This document shows, piece after piece, positions 10,101 through 18,800 of a stretch of DNA of 55,434 nt. The notes under the pieces were generated by a model, which saw only the letters and a program-made list of their open reading frames with translations, ran no database searches and was not told the DNA's origin. How positions within the stretch are numbered: the stretch's first letter is position 1; every line of letters begins with the position of its first letter. Position numbers and translations under genes: made by a program. The stretch is from Myxococcota bacterium (GTDB lineage: Bacteria > Myxococcota > JACRCW01). The stretch is taken from assembly GCA_040752415.1 (NCBI GenBank), contig JBFMGU010000035.1, positions 1 through 55,434 on the forward strand. The letters are read 5' to 3'.

Positions 10101-13100
10101 CCGCCGACACGCGGGTGACCGTGGCCATCGATGCGCAGGACGTGGCTCCGGGGACCGTGGCCGAGATGGTCCTCTCGGAGAGCGACGCGTTCGTGGGTGC
10201 GTCGTGGGAGCCGTTCGTGGCCAACCGGGTCTTCACGCTCAGCTCCACCAATGGCGTGAAGCAGGTGTTTGCGCAGGTCCGCGACGGTGCGGGTCGCGTG
10301 AGTGAGGTGCGTAGCGGAAGCATTACGCTGGACACGCAGCCGCCCGTCGGCATTTCGCTCGAGGTGCCCGGTGGTGCGTTCGCGGGTGGCGCGCAGGTCC
10401 AGGTGTCCCTCACCGCGTATGACAACCTCAGCGTGGGCACCGCGCTCACCGCTGCGCTCGGTGACGAGACCCTGGTGTGCGCCGACGCCACCTACGACCA
10501 GGATTTTGGCGGATGCCCCGCCGCGCCGTGCACCCTGGTCCGCGACGTGCCGCTCTCCGACGGGGACGGCGCCAAGATCATCACCGCCTGCCTGCGCGAC
10601 GCGGCGGGGAACCTCTCGGTGTTGCCTCTGCGCGTCGACATCACGCGGGATTCCCAGGCCCCGGCGCAGGTCACCGGTGTGGTGGTCACGGCGCAATCCC
10701 GCCGCGCGCTCCTCAGCTGGTCCAACACGCTGGACGCGGGGCCCGCGGGCATCTCCCATTACGATGTGGAGCTGGCCGGCGACGCCACGTTCACCACCGT
10801 CGACAGCATGCGCACCGCCACCGGCACCTCCCTCCTGGTCACCGGCCTGCCCAACCTGGTGACGACGTGGGCGCGCGTGCGCGCGGTGGACCGTGCCGGA
10901 AACCCCGGTGCGTTCTCCGCCGCGGTTGCCACCGTGCCGGGCGTGCGCACCACGCGCATTCCCGAGCCCTTGGCCGACCGCACCTTCTCCTCGCCCGTCA
11001 CCGTCGCGCTGGGCGGCGACCTGTACCTGGCGGGTCTGCACCAGGCGGGTACCGCGGAGCTGACGGTGATGCGCTGCGGGATCTCGGAGTCGGATTGTCG
11101 AGTGGGAAGCTCCTGGCGCACCACGCGCATCACCACGTCGTTGCCGTTGGCGTCACGCCGGCTGGACGCCTTGCGACTGGCGGAACGCTTCATCCTGGCG
11201 GGCAGCGCGGATGGGGGCAGCGGCTATTCCCTCCCGGTGGTGTGGGAGTGTGACGCGGAGGGCAACGGTTGTGACGACGCGGCGCGCTGGAGCAGCCGCG
11301 CGGTGTTGTCGACGGCGCCCGCGTTTGGGGGCTTCTCTCCGCACGCGGCGCTGACGCACAACACCAGCCGCGTGTACGTGGCATTCCACCAACCCAGCAC
11401 CGGCTCATCCATGGCCGCGCGCGTGGCGAGCTGTCCCCGCAACACGTTGTGCAGCTGGGACGAGGTGACCGCCATGGGCAACGTGGTGGTGGATGCCACG
11501 AACACCGTCCCCTCCGACGCCAACCTGGCCATGGCCGCCGACGACGTGGGGGTGTTCGTGGGCTTCGTGAGCACCACGCGCGGCCTCAACGTCCGTCGCT
11601 GCAACGCCGCCACGGATTGCGACCTGCTCGCGGAATGGAGCGCGGCGTACGAGCTGCCCGACACCTCCGGGCTCACCGCCAACATCCAACTGGTCCACAC
11701 CGGGGCCCACCTCTACGCGCTGTTCCACGTCGCCAGCGACCGGACGCAACGCATCTCCCGCTGCGCGCTCTCCTCGTTGTGCGACGCCGCCGCGGATTGG
11801 AGCGCGCCCACCGTCCTGTTCTCCGACGTCGATGGGCTCAGCGCGGGGACGTTCGTGGAGCTGCGCGAGGCGGATGGTGCCCTCCACGCCACGTGGTGGC
11901 GCGCCAATGATGGCTCGGTGGCTTATGGCACGTGCGCCACGTCGGGAGATTGCACGGTGGCGACGAATTGGCGCGTGGTCACGCTTTCCAGCACGGCGCG
12001 CGCGGCCACGGTTCCCTCGTCGGTGGTACGGGGCGGCAACCTGGTGACGGCGTGGATGGACGCGCAGGAACGGCTGACATTGGGATTGCCGGTGCTGTTC
12101 ACGCCGGTGGGTTTCGGGGCGGGACCGGGCGTGGAGAGCATTGAGGGTGCCTGGCTGCCGACGGTGGGCGCCCAGGGCTACGAGCTGCTCCGTGATCCCG
12201 ACGGCACCGGCGGCTGGCTCAATGCCGTTCCGCTCCCGGATTCGCTGCAGGACCAGGCCTCGTTCCCCACGCCGGCCGGCGCCACGCACACACTCTCGGT
12301 GCGCGCATGGGACAACGCACTGGGGGTGTCCTCCGACGCCGCGCCAGGCAGCACCCGACCGCTCACCACCGGTGATCCCGACGACGCCGCGGGCGTGGCG
12401 CCGGGCATTGTCACCACGGATTGCTGGGGAGCCACGGGTCCCGCCTCGAGCTGTGGCCTGTTCTCGTCGATGTCGACGGGCAGCACGCAGTGGGTCTCGG
12501 GGTTGCCGCAGGCGGGGCAGGCGCCGTGGATGTACCAGTGCAACCGCGACGTGGTGGATTGCACGGATCCCAGCGCGTGGACCGGCGTGCAGCTCACCTC
12601 CGTGCCCAGCGCCGCCGGCCCGGCCAAGCTGGTGGCGTCCCCCACGCGACTGTTCGCGGCGTTCCAGACCACGGTGCCGCAGGTGTGGCTCACCTGGTGT
12701 GATCTGGCGACGGGATGCGACGCGGTGGATGAATGGTCGGGCTTCCTGGTGGTGGACAACAGCTTTGTTTCCTCGTCGGACCGCGTGGGCAAGGACCTGG
12801 ACGTGGTGTGGGGCGGGGTCCCGGGCGCGGAACGCATCTGGGTCCACACGCGCAACGTGTCCAACGTCCCCAAGATCCATCACTGCGCCACCAACACCGA
12901 CTGCACGCTCGCCGGAAACTGGGTGCGCAATGGCGCCATCCTCCTGGGCGCGCTCGAGCCGGCCTCGCTCTCGGTGACGTCGACGGATCTGACGGTGATG
13001 GCGCCCAACAGCACATCGGTGCAGTTCCGTCGCTGCGACATCACCGTCAATGACTGCAACGCCCCGGCGGAATGGTCCGCGTACACCGTGCGCATGGTCA

Positions 13101-13537
13101 CGGGCATCAAGCCGGTTCCCTTCTCCACGCGGCTCATCTCGTCGAGCAATGAGCAGGCATTCGTCACGGCGTGGCAGGACAAGGTGCGCTTCGGCATCTG
13201 CCCGTTCTCCGCCGCCACCTGCGTGGCGACGGGAGACAACCGCTGGGGCACACTGGCGCTGGAAGGCGTGGACACCTCCACCGGTCTGCTGCTGGACCTG
13301 CGCAAGACCGCCACCGGCTTCTCCATCCTGTTCTCCGACGGAGACGACCTGCGCCTGGCACAATGCTCCGGCCGCTGCCTGGAGCGGGACAACTGGCGCA
13401 TCACCAGCGTGCTCGCCCGCCCGGGGCTGCGTGAGCCGTGGCAGAACCGACCGGTGCTCCACGCGGACGCCGACGGCTCCGTGGCGTTCAGCTTCCTCAC
13501 CGCCGACGGTGACCTGACCTCCGCCTGGCAACCCTGA
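7145..13537 (+). CDS. Giant surface lipoprotein: carboxypeptidase-regulatory-like domains, about 10 Ig-like repeats, FN3, and two Cys-rich propeller-like regions
   Basis: AGGAG RBS; lipobox WLAAC; repeated D-x-AG(N/H)...LD-x-TPP units; 12 C-x(3-6)-C...W repeats. Confidence 0.85.
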   Translation: MSRVSRVILVMCSTWLAACPSPTTSSSRASISGQVVLEDVDGLNDTSRVQVDLGRGEGASTPDADGFFQFSDLEPDVYTITFTYVGGLTNEASGSAYRRTQLRVVARAGAETSTGPVRLELGRGTVRGEVAFPDGAVPQGAQVSLVDKLGVRRVATVDGTGFRLDEVPVGHHVLAMTVPGHATPVTQGHCDQPITLNIDGEEVVAAPSSFVPATPGIEPGAGEVAIAEGLTWHLSGDTLTVRVTAPFAREGRVWVGDATPDYEPFHDSGWVLQGLPAGVTTAHVQLRDPCGFETARYTLTLVRDLTAPLILAVELGDGAPYLTTATTSLSVQAADDRSGPLQMRHTLCTVDSDGMTPQCPVALEQVPWTDYAPRSSITLPGTEGTHAVQVQVRDQAGNTSTTETATVRLDLAGPTLSTVSLTGTAGAQLTRDTVVQLDVVAEGATTMLLSNRADFGGALTVPYASPVSWSLPSEDGAHTVFVRVQDDAGHGVDGQAAITLDRTPPTGLQVTLDSNAPYSATGVVDLELAAVDVLAGMARVVIASSPLFTDAETVTWSTGSGTVSVPQHVLPAGEGLQVVYARFVDRAGNVADAQATIVVDTLPPTGTVAINNGAEWTTSTAVTLRLTASPDVVEMAVADGDTLDCGGEAYDNVQPQLPWDLPTGAGPRAVSVCVRDAAGHIARLVDDILLDESDPTVTLSIDDGAPFARSAQVTLTVSTTEATEMMLSNRDDFLGSTWQPLVDAVGWALPATDAEHTVYVRVRDAAGNTAGDSASITLDRTPPGAVTVRVDEGGLYSTTGIVQVSVEAVDGLSGLARVAVANDPGFFDAVEVAWPTGAPSVEVSDFPLIPGEGQRSIHVRVDDVAGNSALRTVGVVVDLTPPDVQVSINQGAAVTQDTQVTLKVETSSDAAGMVILDGENAACPATVEGAVVTSLPWPLGGAGRQAVTVCVRDQAGHVASASDDITVDLDAPQLLSVVLADGAPDTADTRVTVAIDAQDVAPGTVAEMVLSESDAFVGASWEPFVANRVFTLSSTNGVKQVFAQVRDGAGRVSEVRSGSITLDTQPPVGISLEVPGGAFAGGAQVQVSLTAYDNLSVGTALTAALGDETLVCADATYDQDFGGCPAAPCTLVRDVPLSDGDGAKIITACLRDAAGNLSVLPLRVDITRDSQAPAQVTGVVVTAQSRRALLSWSNTLDAGPAGISHYDVELAGDATFTTVDSMRTATGTSLLVTGLPNLVTTWARVRAVDRAGNPGAFSAAVATVPGVRTTRIPEPLADRTFSSPVTVALGGDLYLAGLHQAGTAELTVMRCGISESDCRVGSSWRTTRITTSLPLASRRLDALRLAERFILAGSADGGSGYSLPVVWECDAEGNGCDDAARWSSRAVLSTAPAFGGFSPHAALTHNTSRVYVAFHQPSTGSSMAARVASCPRNTLCSWDEVTAMGNVVVDATNTVPSDANLAMAADDVGVFVGFVSTTRGLNVRRCNAATDCDLLAEWSAAYELPDTSGLTANIQLVHTGAHLYALFHVASDRTQRISRCALSSLCDAAADWSAPTVLFSDVDGLSAGTFVELREADGALHATWWRANDGSVAYGTCATSGDCTVATNWRVVTLSSTARAATVPSSVVRGGNLVTAWMDAQERLTLGLPVLFTPVGFGAGPGVESIEGAWLPTVGAQGYELLRDPDGTGGWLNAVPLPDSLQDQASFPTPAGATHTLSVRAWDNALGVSSDAAPGSTRPLTTGDPDDAAGVAPGIVTTDCWGATGPASSCGLFSSMSTGSTQWVSGLPQAGQAPWMYQCNRDVVDCTDPSAWTGVQLTSVPSAAGPAKLVASPTRLFAAFQTTVPQVWLTWCDLATGCDAVDEWSGFLVVDNSFVSSSDRVGKDLDVVWGGVPGAERIWVHTRNVSNVPKIHHCATNTDCTLAGNWVRNGAILLGALEPASLSVTSTDLTVMAPNSTSVQFRRCDITVNDCNAPAEWSAYTVRMVTGIKPVPFSTRLISSSNEQAFVTAWQDKVRFGICPFSAATCVATGDNRWGTLALEGVDTSTGLLLDLRKTATGFSILFSDGDDLRLAQCSGRCLERDNWRITSVLARPGLREPWQNRPVLHADADGSVAFSFLTADGDLTSAWQP

Positions 13538-13674
13538 CGTCCACGGGTCCGTCTGAAGCGCTGCTGGGACTCGTCGGCCCGCCTGTCATGACGCCGGGTT
13601 GGTCCATCGGTTAACTGGCGCGAACCGCCGCCGCGTCAACCGCGATAAGAGGCCATTCCTCCGGAGCGCATCCC

Positions 13675-14583
13675 ATGACCCGCGTCGGCCAGAGTCCCGT
13701 CCAGCCTCCCCGAACCACCCAGAACACCAGCACGGTGAACGAAGTTTCCACCGCGCAGCCGGGTGCCGGCGCGTCGGCGCAGGTGGGCGTGGCGGCGGGC
13801 GCGGAGGCCGAACCGGTGCGGGAGCGCGTGGACGCCCAGACGCAGGGTGGCGCGCGGGCGCGTGCGCGGGCCAGCGGTGATGAGCTGCAGGCGCGTCTTC
13901 AGGCGCAGGTGGGGGGCTCGCTGGGGACGGGCGCGTCGGCCACCGGTGAGCGTGCTGGCGTGGGCGACGTCCGCGCGGCCACCGCCGGAATGACCGAAGC
14001 GCAGAAGTACGACTACTACCGCAACCTCATCGAGCAGAACGGCGGCCGGGTGAACGACGCTCCCGGCGCCCGCAACATGCTCGCGGTGCGCAACGAGACC
14101 AGCACGCGCGCCAACGGCGGCCGCGGCGCGTATGACGACCACTTCGCGATGATCTGGCGCGACGCGCAAGGCAACCCCCACGTCCGCGAGTACCGCGGCA
14201 ACACCGAGCCCAGCGCACAGTACGAGGGCCGCTACGGCGAGGACGCCAACCGCGACGGGCGCCGGGACCTGGGGCGGCTGCGCCCGGGCTTCTACGAGTT
14301 TAGCGGCAACGGCCAGTTCCTCGGGCGACAGTCCTTGCGCATGCGGGGGGATCCGCTGGTGGATCGCGACACCAACCACGACGGTCGCTTCAACGACGGC
14401 GCCACCACCCGCGGCGGCAACAGCATGCTCATCCACCGCGGTGGCGAGGACGGCAACCCGCGGGGCACCTGGAGCGCCGGCTGCCAGACCATGCCCACCA
14501 GCGAGTACGACCGCTTCTGGCGCGACCTGACCGACAACGGCCGTCGTCGTCCGCAGCTGGGCTACACGCTGGTCAACGCCTGA
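13675..14583 (+). CDS. Putative YkuD/L,D-transpeptidase-like peptidoglycan-active protein with low-complexity N-terminus
   Basis: GGAG RBS; C-terminal LIHRGG...WSAGCQ (H...SxGC); DxNxDG loops; no Sec signal peptide. Confidence 0.6.
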   Translation: MTRVGQSPVQPPRTTQNTSTVNEVSTAQPGAGASAQVGVAAGAEAEPVRERVDAQTQGGARARARASGDELQARLQAQVGGSLGTGASATGERAGVGDVRAATAGMTEAQKYDYYRNLIEQNGGRVNDAPGARNMLAVRNETSTRANGGRGAYDDHFAMIWRDAQGNPHVREYRGNTEPSAQYEGRYGEDANRDGRRDLGRLRPGFYEFSGNGQFLGRQSLRMRGDPLVDRDTNHDGRFNDGATTRGGNSMLIHRGGEDGNPRGTWSAGCQTMPTSEYDRFWRDLTDNGRRRPQLGYTLVNA

Positions 14584-14656
14584 ACGTCAGCCACGCGGCA
14601 ACCACGGTGACGACGACGCGGACGTACCGTCTTGACGGGGCATGAGCGGGGCGGGG

Positions 14657-15271
14657 TCAGTTGTTGATGACACCGCGCAGGACATGACGGATGCCCCACT
14701 GCACCAGGCCCACGTCGGCGAGCCCGCCGATGGGCAACGCCTGGCGCGCCCACTTGCCCATCGGGAAGTTGTCCTCGTGCTTGACGATCTTGCCGTCCTT
14801 GACGGTGAGGCGTGACTCGATCTCGTTGTGGATGGGTCGGCCGAAGAGCTTGTAATCCGCCACCCAGTGACCCACGGCGACGTCGCCATCCATGTGCGAG
14901 AACTTGTATTCGAATTTGCTCTCGCTCCCCGAGAGGATCTTGCGCCACATGTGCATGGTGCCGGCGCGATCCTGGTACTCGAAGATGGCGTCCTTGAATT
15001 TCACGTCGGGCGCGTAGAGCGCTTCCATGTCGTCGACACGGCGGTTCACGAAGGCGTCATAGAAGCGAACGGCCACGTCCTTCCCGCTGGGCGTCGCCGG
15101 TGACGCGGCAACGGCGCGGGTCTCGAGCACGTCCTGCGGGTGCATGGCCGCTTGCCACGCGGGCATGGCGGCGGCGGGAGTGGCGGTGGGTTTTGCCGAC
15201 GCCGTGGGACGTGCGGGCTCCGTCGAGGGGGCGGCGTTCGGTGCGGGACTGCGGGGGCAGATGGTGGTCAT
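14657..15271 (-). CDS. SnoaL-like/NTF2-family protein with Pro/Ala-rich N-terminal extension
   Basis: RFYDAF...MEALYAPDVKFKD...HWVADY...GRPIHNEI...DGKIVKHEDNF. Confidence 0.85.
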   Translation of the reverse strand: MTTICPRSPAPNAAPSTEPARPTASAKPTATPAAAMPAWQAAMHPQDVLETRAVAASPATPSGKDVAVRFYDAFVNRRVDDMEALYAPDVKFKDAIFEYQDRAGTMHMWRKILSGSESKFEYKFSHMDGDVAVGHWVADYKLFGRPIHNEIESRLTVKDGKIVKHEDNFPMGKWARQALPIGGLADVGLVQWGIRHVLRGVINN

Positions 15272-15493
15272 GCCCGCACAGTGACACCGGAATCGCGCTG
15301 ATGTCGACCACCGGGGCAGGCCGTTGGCTCCGAAGTCGTGTCGGCACGCGCGGTCCTTCCGTCGTCGACGCTGCGGGCGCCAGCCCTCTGGGGAGTGCGG
15401 TCTGGAATACCGCTTTGGTTCGGTACCTCCGGAGGAGCGCTTCTCCCCGCGGAAGCCCGCTCGCGAGGTGCCAGCCGGTCTTGATGGGGCCTG

Positions 15494-15588
15494 TCAGCGC
15501 GCGCCTTCCGGGAACGGCCGGCCCAACGCCGCGGGCATGCGGCCCGTCCCCGACGACACCACCAGCACCGCCAGCGTCAGCACATAGG
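15494..15588. repeat. Direct repeat 2, orphan copy (95 bp; duplicate of the ABC permease 3' end)
   Basis: Identical to 19963-20057 and encodes YVLTLAVLVVSSGTGRMPAALGRPFPEGAR* on the minus strand. Confidence 0.97.
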
Positions 15589-15873
15589 AAACTGCGGGTG
15601 GTCCACTCCCTGCGGCGATCCGCCTGGCATGCTCCGAGCCCAGGCAACAACCTCGGGGATGGCGCCGTCGTGCCCAGTCGCGCGGCAGATTTTGCGCGTC
15701 CGTGGCGCAGAGCTGCTTCCAAAACTAAGCGCGCCGACGGAGCCTTGACCGTAAACATTACCGTTGATTAGAAACTTCGTCCTTGGAGAGAAACCGTGGG
15801 CCACGGCCACGCCGGCCCGTCGGACTTCAATTCCATCCCATGACCCATCATGTGGGTCCTGACGGAGCTTCAG

Positions 15874-18800
15874 ATGAGACGAGCCGTTGCTGTGTTCGGG
15901 GTCCTTGCGTGTCTTCAGCTTGCCTGCTCCCAGCCGGGGCCGGCGGGGCCTCAAGGTGAGAAGGGAGAGCAGGGAGCCGCCGGAAAGGATGGCCAGGACG
16001 GATTGGATGGTCGCCAGGCCTTGGTGCGACAACGGCCCGAGCCCGCAGGGACGCAATGTCCTGCAGGGGGCGTGGCCATCGAAAGCGGAATCGACGCCAA
16101 TTCCGACGGAACGCTGGATGACGCGGAGGTCGGCAGCACCAGCTACGTTTGTCAGGGGGCCGACGGTACCCCCGGGCAGGATGGTGACGACGGGCAGGCC
16201 GGCGCAACGACACTCGTGGATATCGTCGATGAGCCGGCGGGGACGAACTGTGCGGCGGGCGGCAAGCGGATTCTCGCGGGCACGGATGCAAACCGGAACG
16301 GGACTCTCGACGGGGAGGAGGTCACCTCCACGTCCTACGTGTGCAATGGTCAAGACGGGACGGACGGACTGGACGGGACCAACGGACAGGATGGCGTTGA
16401 TGGGCAGGATGGCGTCGACTCGCTGGTATCCGTGCAGACGGAAGACCCGGGCGCCAACTGCGTTGCGGGTGGAGTCGCGATCCGGACGGGACTCGACGTC
16501 GACGGCAACGGCATTCTGGACCCCAGCGAGGTGACGGGCAGCACCTTCGTCTGCAGCGGCGCGCCCGGCTCCAATGGGCAGGATGGGACCACCGCGCTGG
16601 TGACCCAGACCGCCGAGCCGGCAGGTACCAATTGCGTCTACGGCGGGACCCGCGTGGAGGCGGGACGGGATGCCAACATCAACGGCCTCCTGGATGCGCC
16701 CGAGGTCGAGTCCACGACGTTCATCTGCGGCTCCGCGCAGCCGCCAGGAAACATTCTCCGCGGCAGCTACATCATCAACAACGAAGCCGACCTCACCGCC
16801 ATTCGTGCGTACACCGAGATCAACGGTGACCTCTACATCCAGGGGCTCCAGGGCATTCCGGACCTCCAAGGTCTGGCCCAGCTCACGTCGGTCACCGGCG
16901 GGCTTTTCATCCGGTACAACGCTTCGCTCCAGAGTCTGGATGGTCTCGGTGCGCTCACCAACCTGGGCGGCGAGCTGTGGATTGTCTCCAATCCCGTCCT
17001 GTCGGGAGTGACGGGCCTCAACGGACTGGGAGCGGTGGGCGGTGATCTGGTGGTCGACGCCAATGCGTCGCTGCCCAGCCTCGCGGGCCTTGACGGTCTT
17101 GGCGCGGTGGGCGGGACGGTGCGGATAACCGGGAACCCCGCGCTCACGGACCTGGAGGTCCTTACCGGCCTCGCGTCCGTCCCAGGCGACCTCTGGCTGG
17201 AGGACAACGCCGCGATCTCCTCGCTGGGGGAGGGCTCCGCGCTGACCACGGTGGGCGGTCACCTGGTCCTCGCGGGGATGCCGATCCTGCCCGACCTTGC
17301 CGGCCTGGAGGCGTTGACCTCGGTTGGCGGAGATCTTGTCATCGCCGACAATTCGTTGCTGGGTTCCCTCACCGCCCTGCGTGACGGGCTCGCCATGGGC
17401 GGAAGCCTGCAGATCATCAATTGTCCCAATCTGACCTTCAGGCTTGCCGGCGAGTTGTATGAGCGCACCAGCTCCGTGAACCCACCCGTCTTCTTCGGGT
17501 TGGGTGACAGCTTTGAGCCCAACGACACGCTCGCTACGGCCACGCTCAGCGGCGCGATGATGGGCGAATACCTGAACCTGACGCCGGGTGACGTGGATTA
17601 CGTGGCCATTGACCTGGATCGGGATTCCGCGCTCCGGATTCAGGTCTTCTCCGAGGGCATCGGGCTGGAGGAGTGGGGCCTATCCCCCGCGGACGTCCTC
17701 GTCGCCATCACCGATTCCGCCGGGAACCCACTCCAGTGGAACAGCTCGGCGCTTGTGCGGTCCTGGAACCCCGGAAGGGCCGCCAACCCGGTCATCCAGC
17801 TGCCGCTGGCCGCGGGCCGCTACCACCTCGTCGTGACGGGAGGAGAGGACACGCTCTTCTCCGGCAACCACTCCGAAGCCGGGTACTACGTGGTGAGCCT
17901 GGAGGCGCGGGCCCAGGGCGCCGCCTCCATCGCGGGCGGCCTGTATCCCGAACCGTCGGTGTTCGCCGCCGCGACGCCCCGCAGGGATCGGCCTCTGGAG
18001 GTCCATCCGCGGTCGGCCTTCCTGGCGGACCACGCCGTCATCCAGTTCGTCCCCGAGCTGCAGGGGAAGGAGTCGGACCTGTTGCGGAGGCTGGGGTGGG
18101 TGAAGGTTGACGGGATGGCCGGAGCAACCCTCGCTCGACGGGCCCAGGCGCGGAAGGAGTGGCGCCCCGTCACGCTCGGCGACGAGGACGGTCGCATCCT
18201 GATCGAGGACCTCGAGAAGCTGCGGACTCGTCCCGAGGTGGCGCGGGTCGAGCCGAACTACGTGCTGCAGCCGGCGCTCGTCCCCAACGACACCTTCTAC
18301 GCGGAGCAGTGGCACTATGGCCTCATGAGCATGGCGGCGGCCTGGGATGTGACCACCGGCTCCAGCGGAGTGACCGTGGCGGTGTTGGACACCGGCATCC
18401 TCGGTGATCACCCTGACCTGAGCTGCGGCCGCGTCCTCCCCGGTCGCGACTTCGTCGACAACGATGCCGACCCCGCCGACGCGGTGGCGGCCTTCGCGCC
18501 GGGCTCCAACTCCCACGGCACGCACGTCGCCGGGACCATCGGTGCCTGCACGAACAACGGGGTTGGGGTGGCGGGTGTCACTTGGAGCTCACAGCTCCTG
18601 CCGGTGCGGGTCCTGGGTAATGGCGGCGGAGACAACTGGAACATCGCGAAGGGTGTGTATTGGGCGGCAGCCATTCCGCTCAGTGGTGTGCCCGACAACC
18701 CGAACTTCGCACACGTCATCAACATGAGCCTGGGCGGTTTTGGCCGAAGCTGGCTCATGCAGGACGCCATCGACGCGGCAACCTTCGGCGGATCGGTGGT

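Noticed and set aside
7769..13531. Long antisense ORFs (7769..11041, 11405..13531; similarly 29286..32474, 2787..4388, 49504..51450)
   Set aside because: These are shadow frames of real genes, expected in high-GC3 DNA, and carry no recognisable motifs.
15460..15475. Sigma54-like TGGCAC-N7-GC on the minus strand
   Set aside because: It lacks the TTGC element, lies about 190 bp from the start, and overlaps no other supporting signal.
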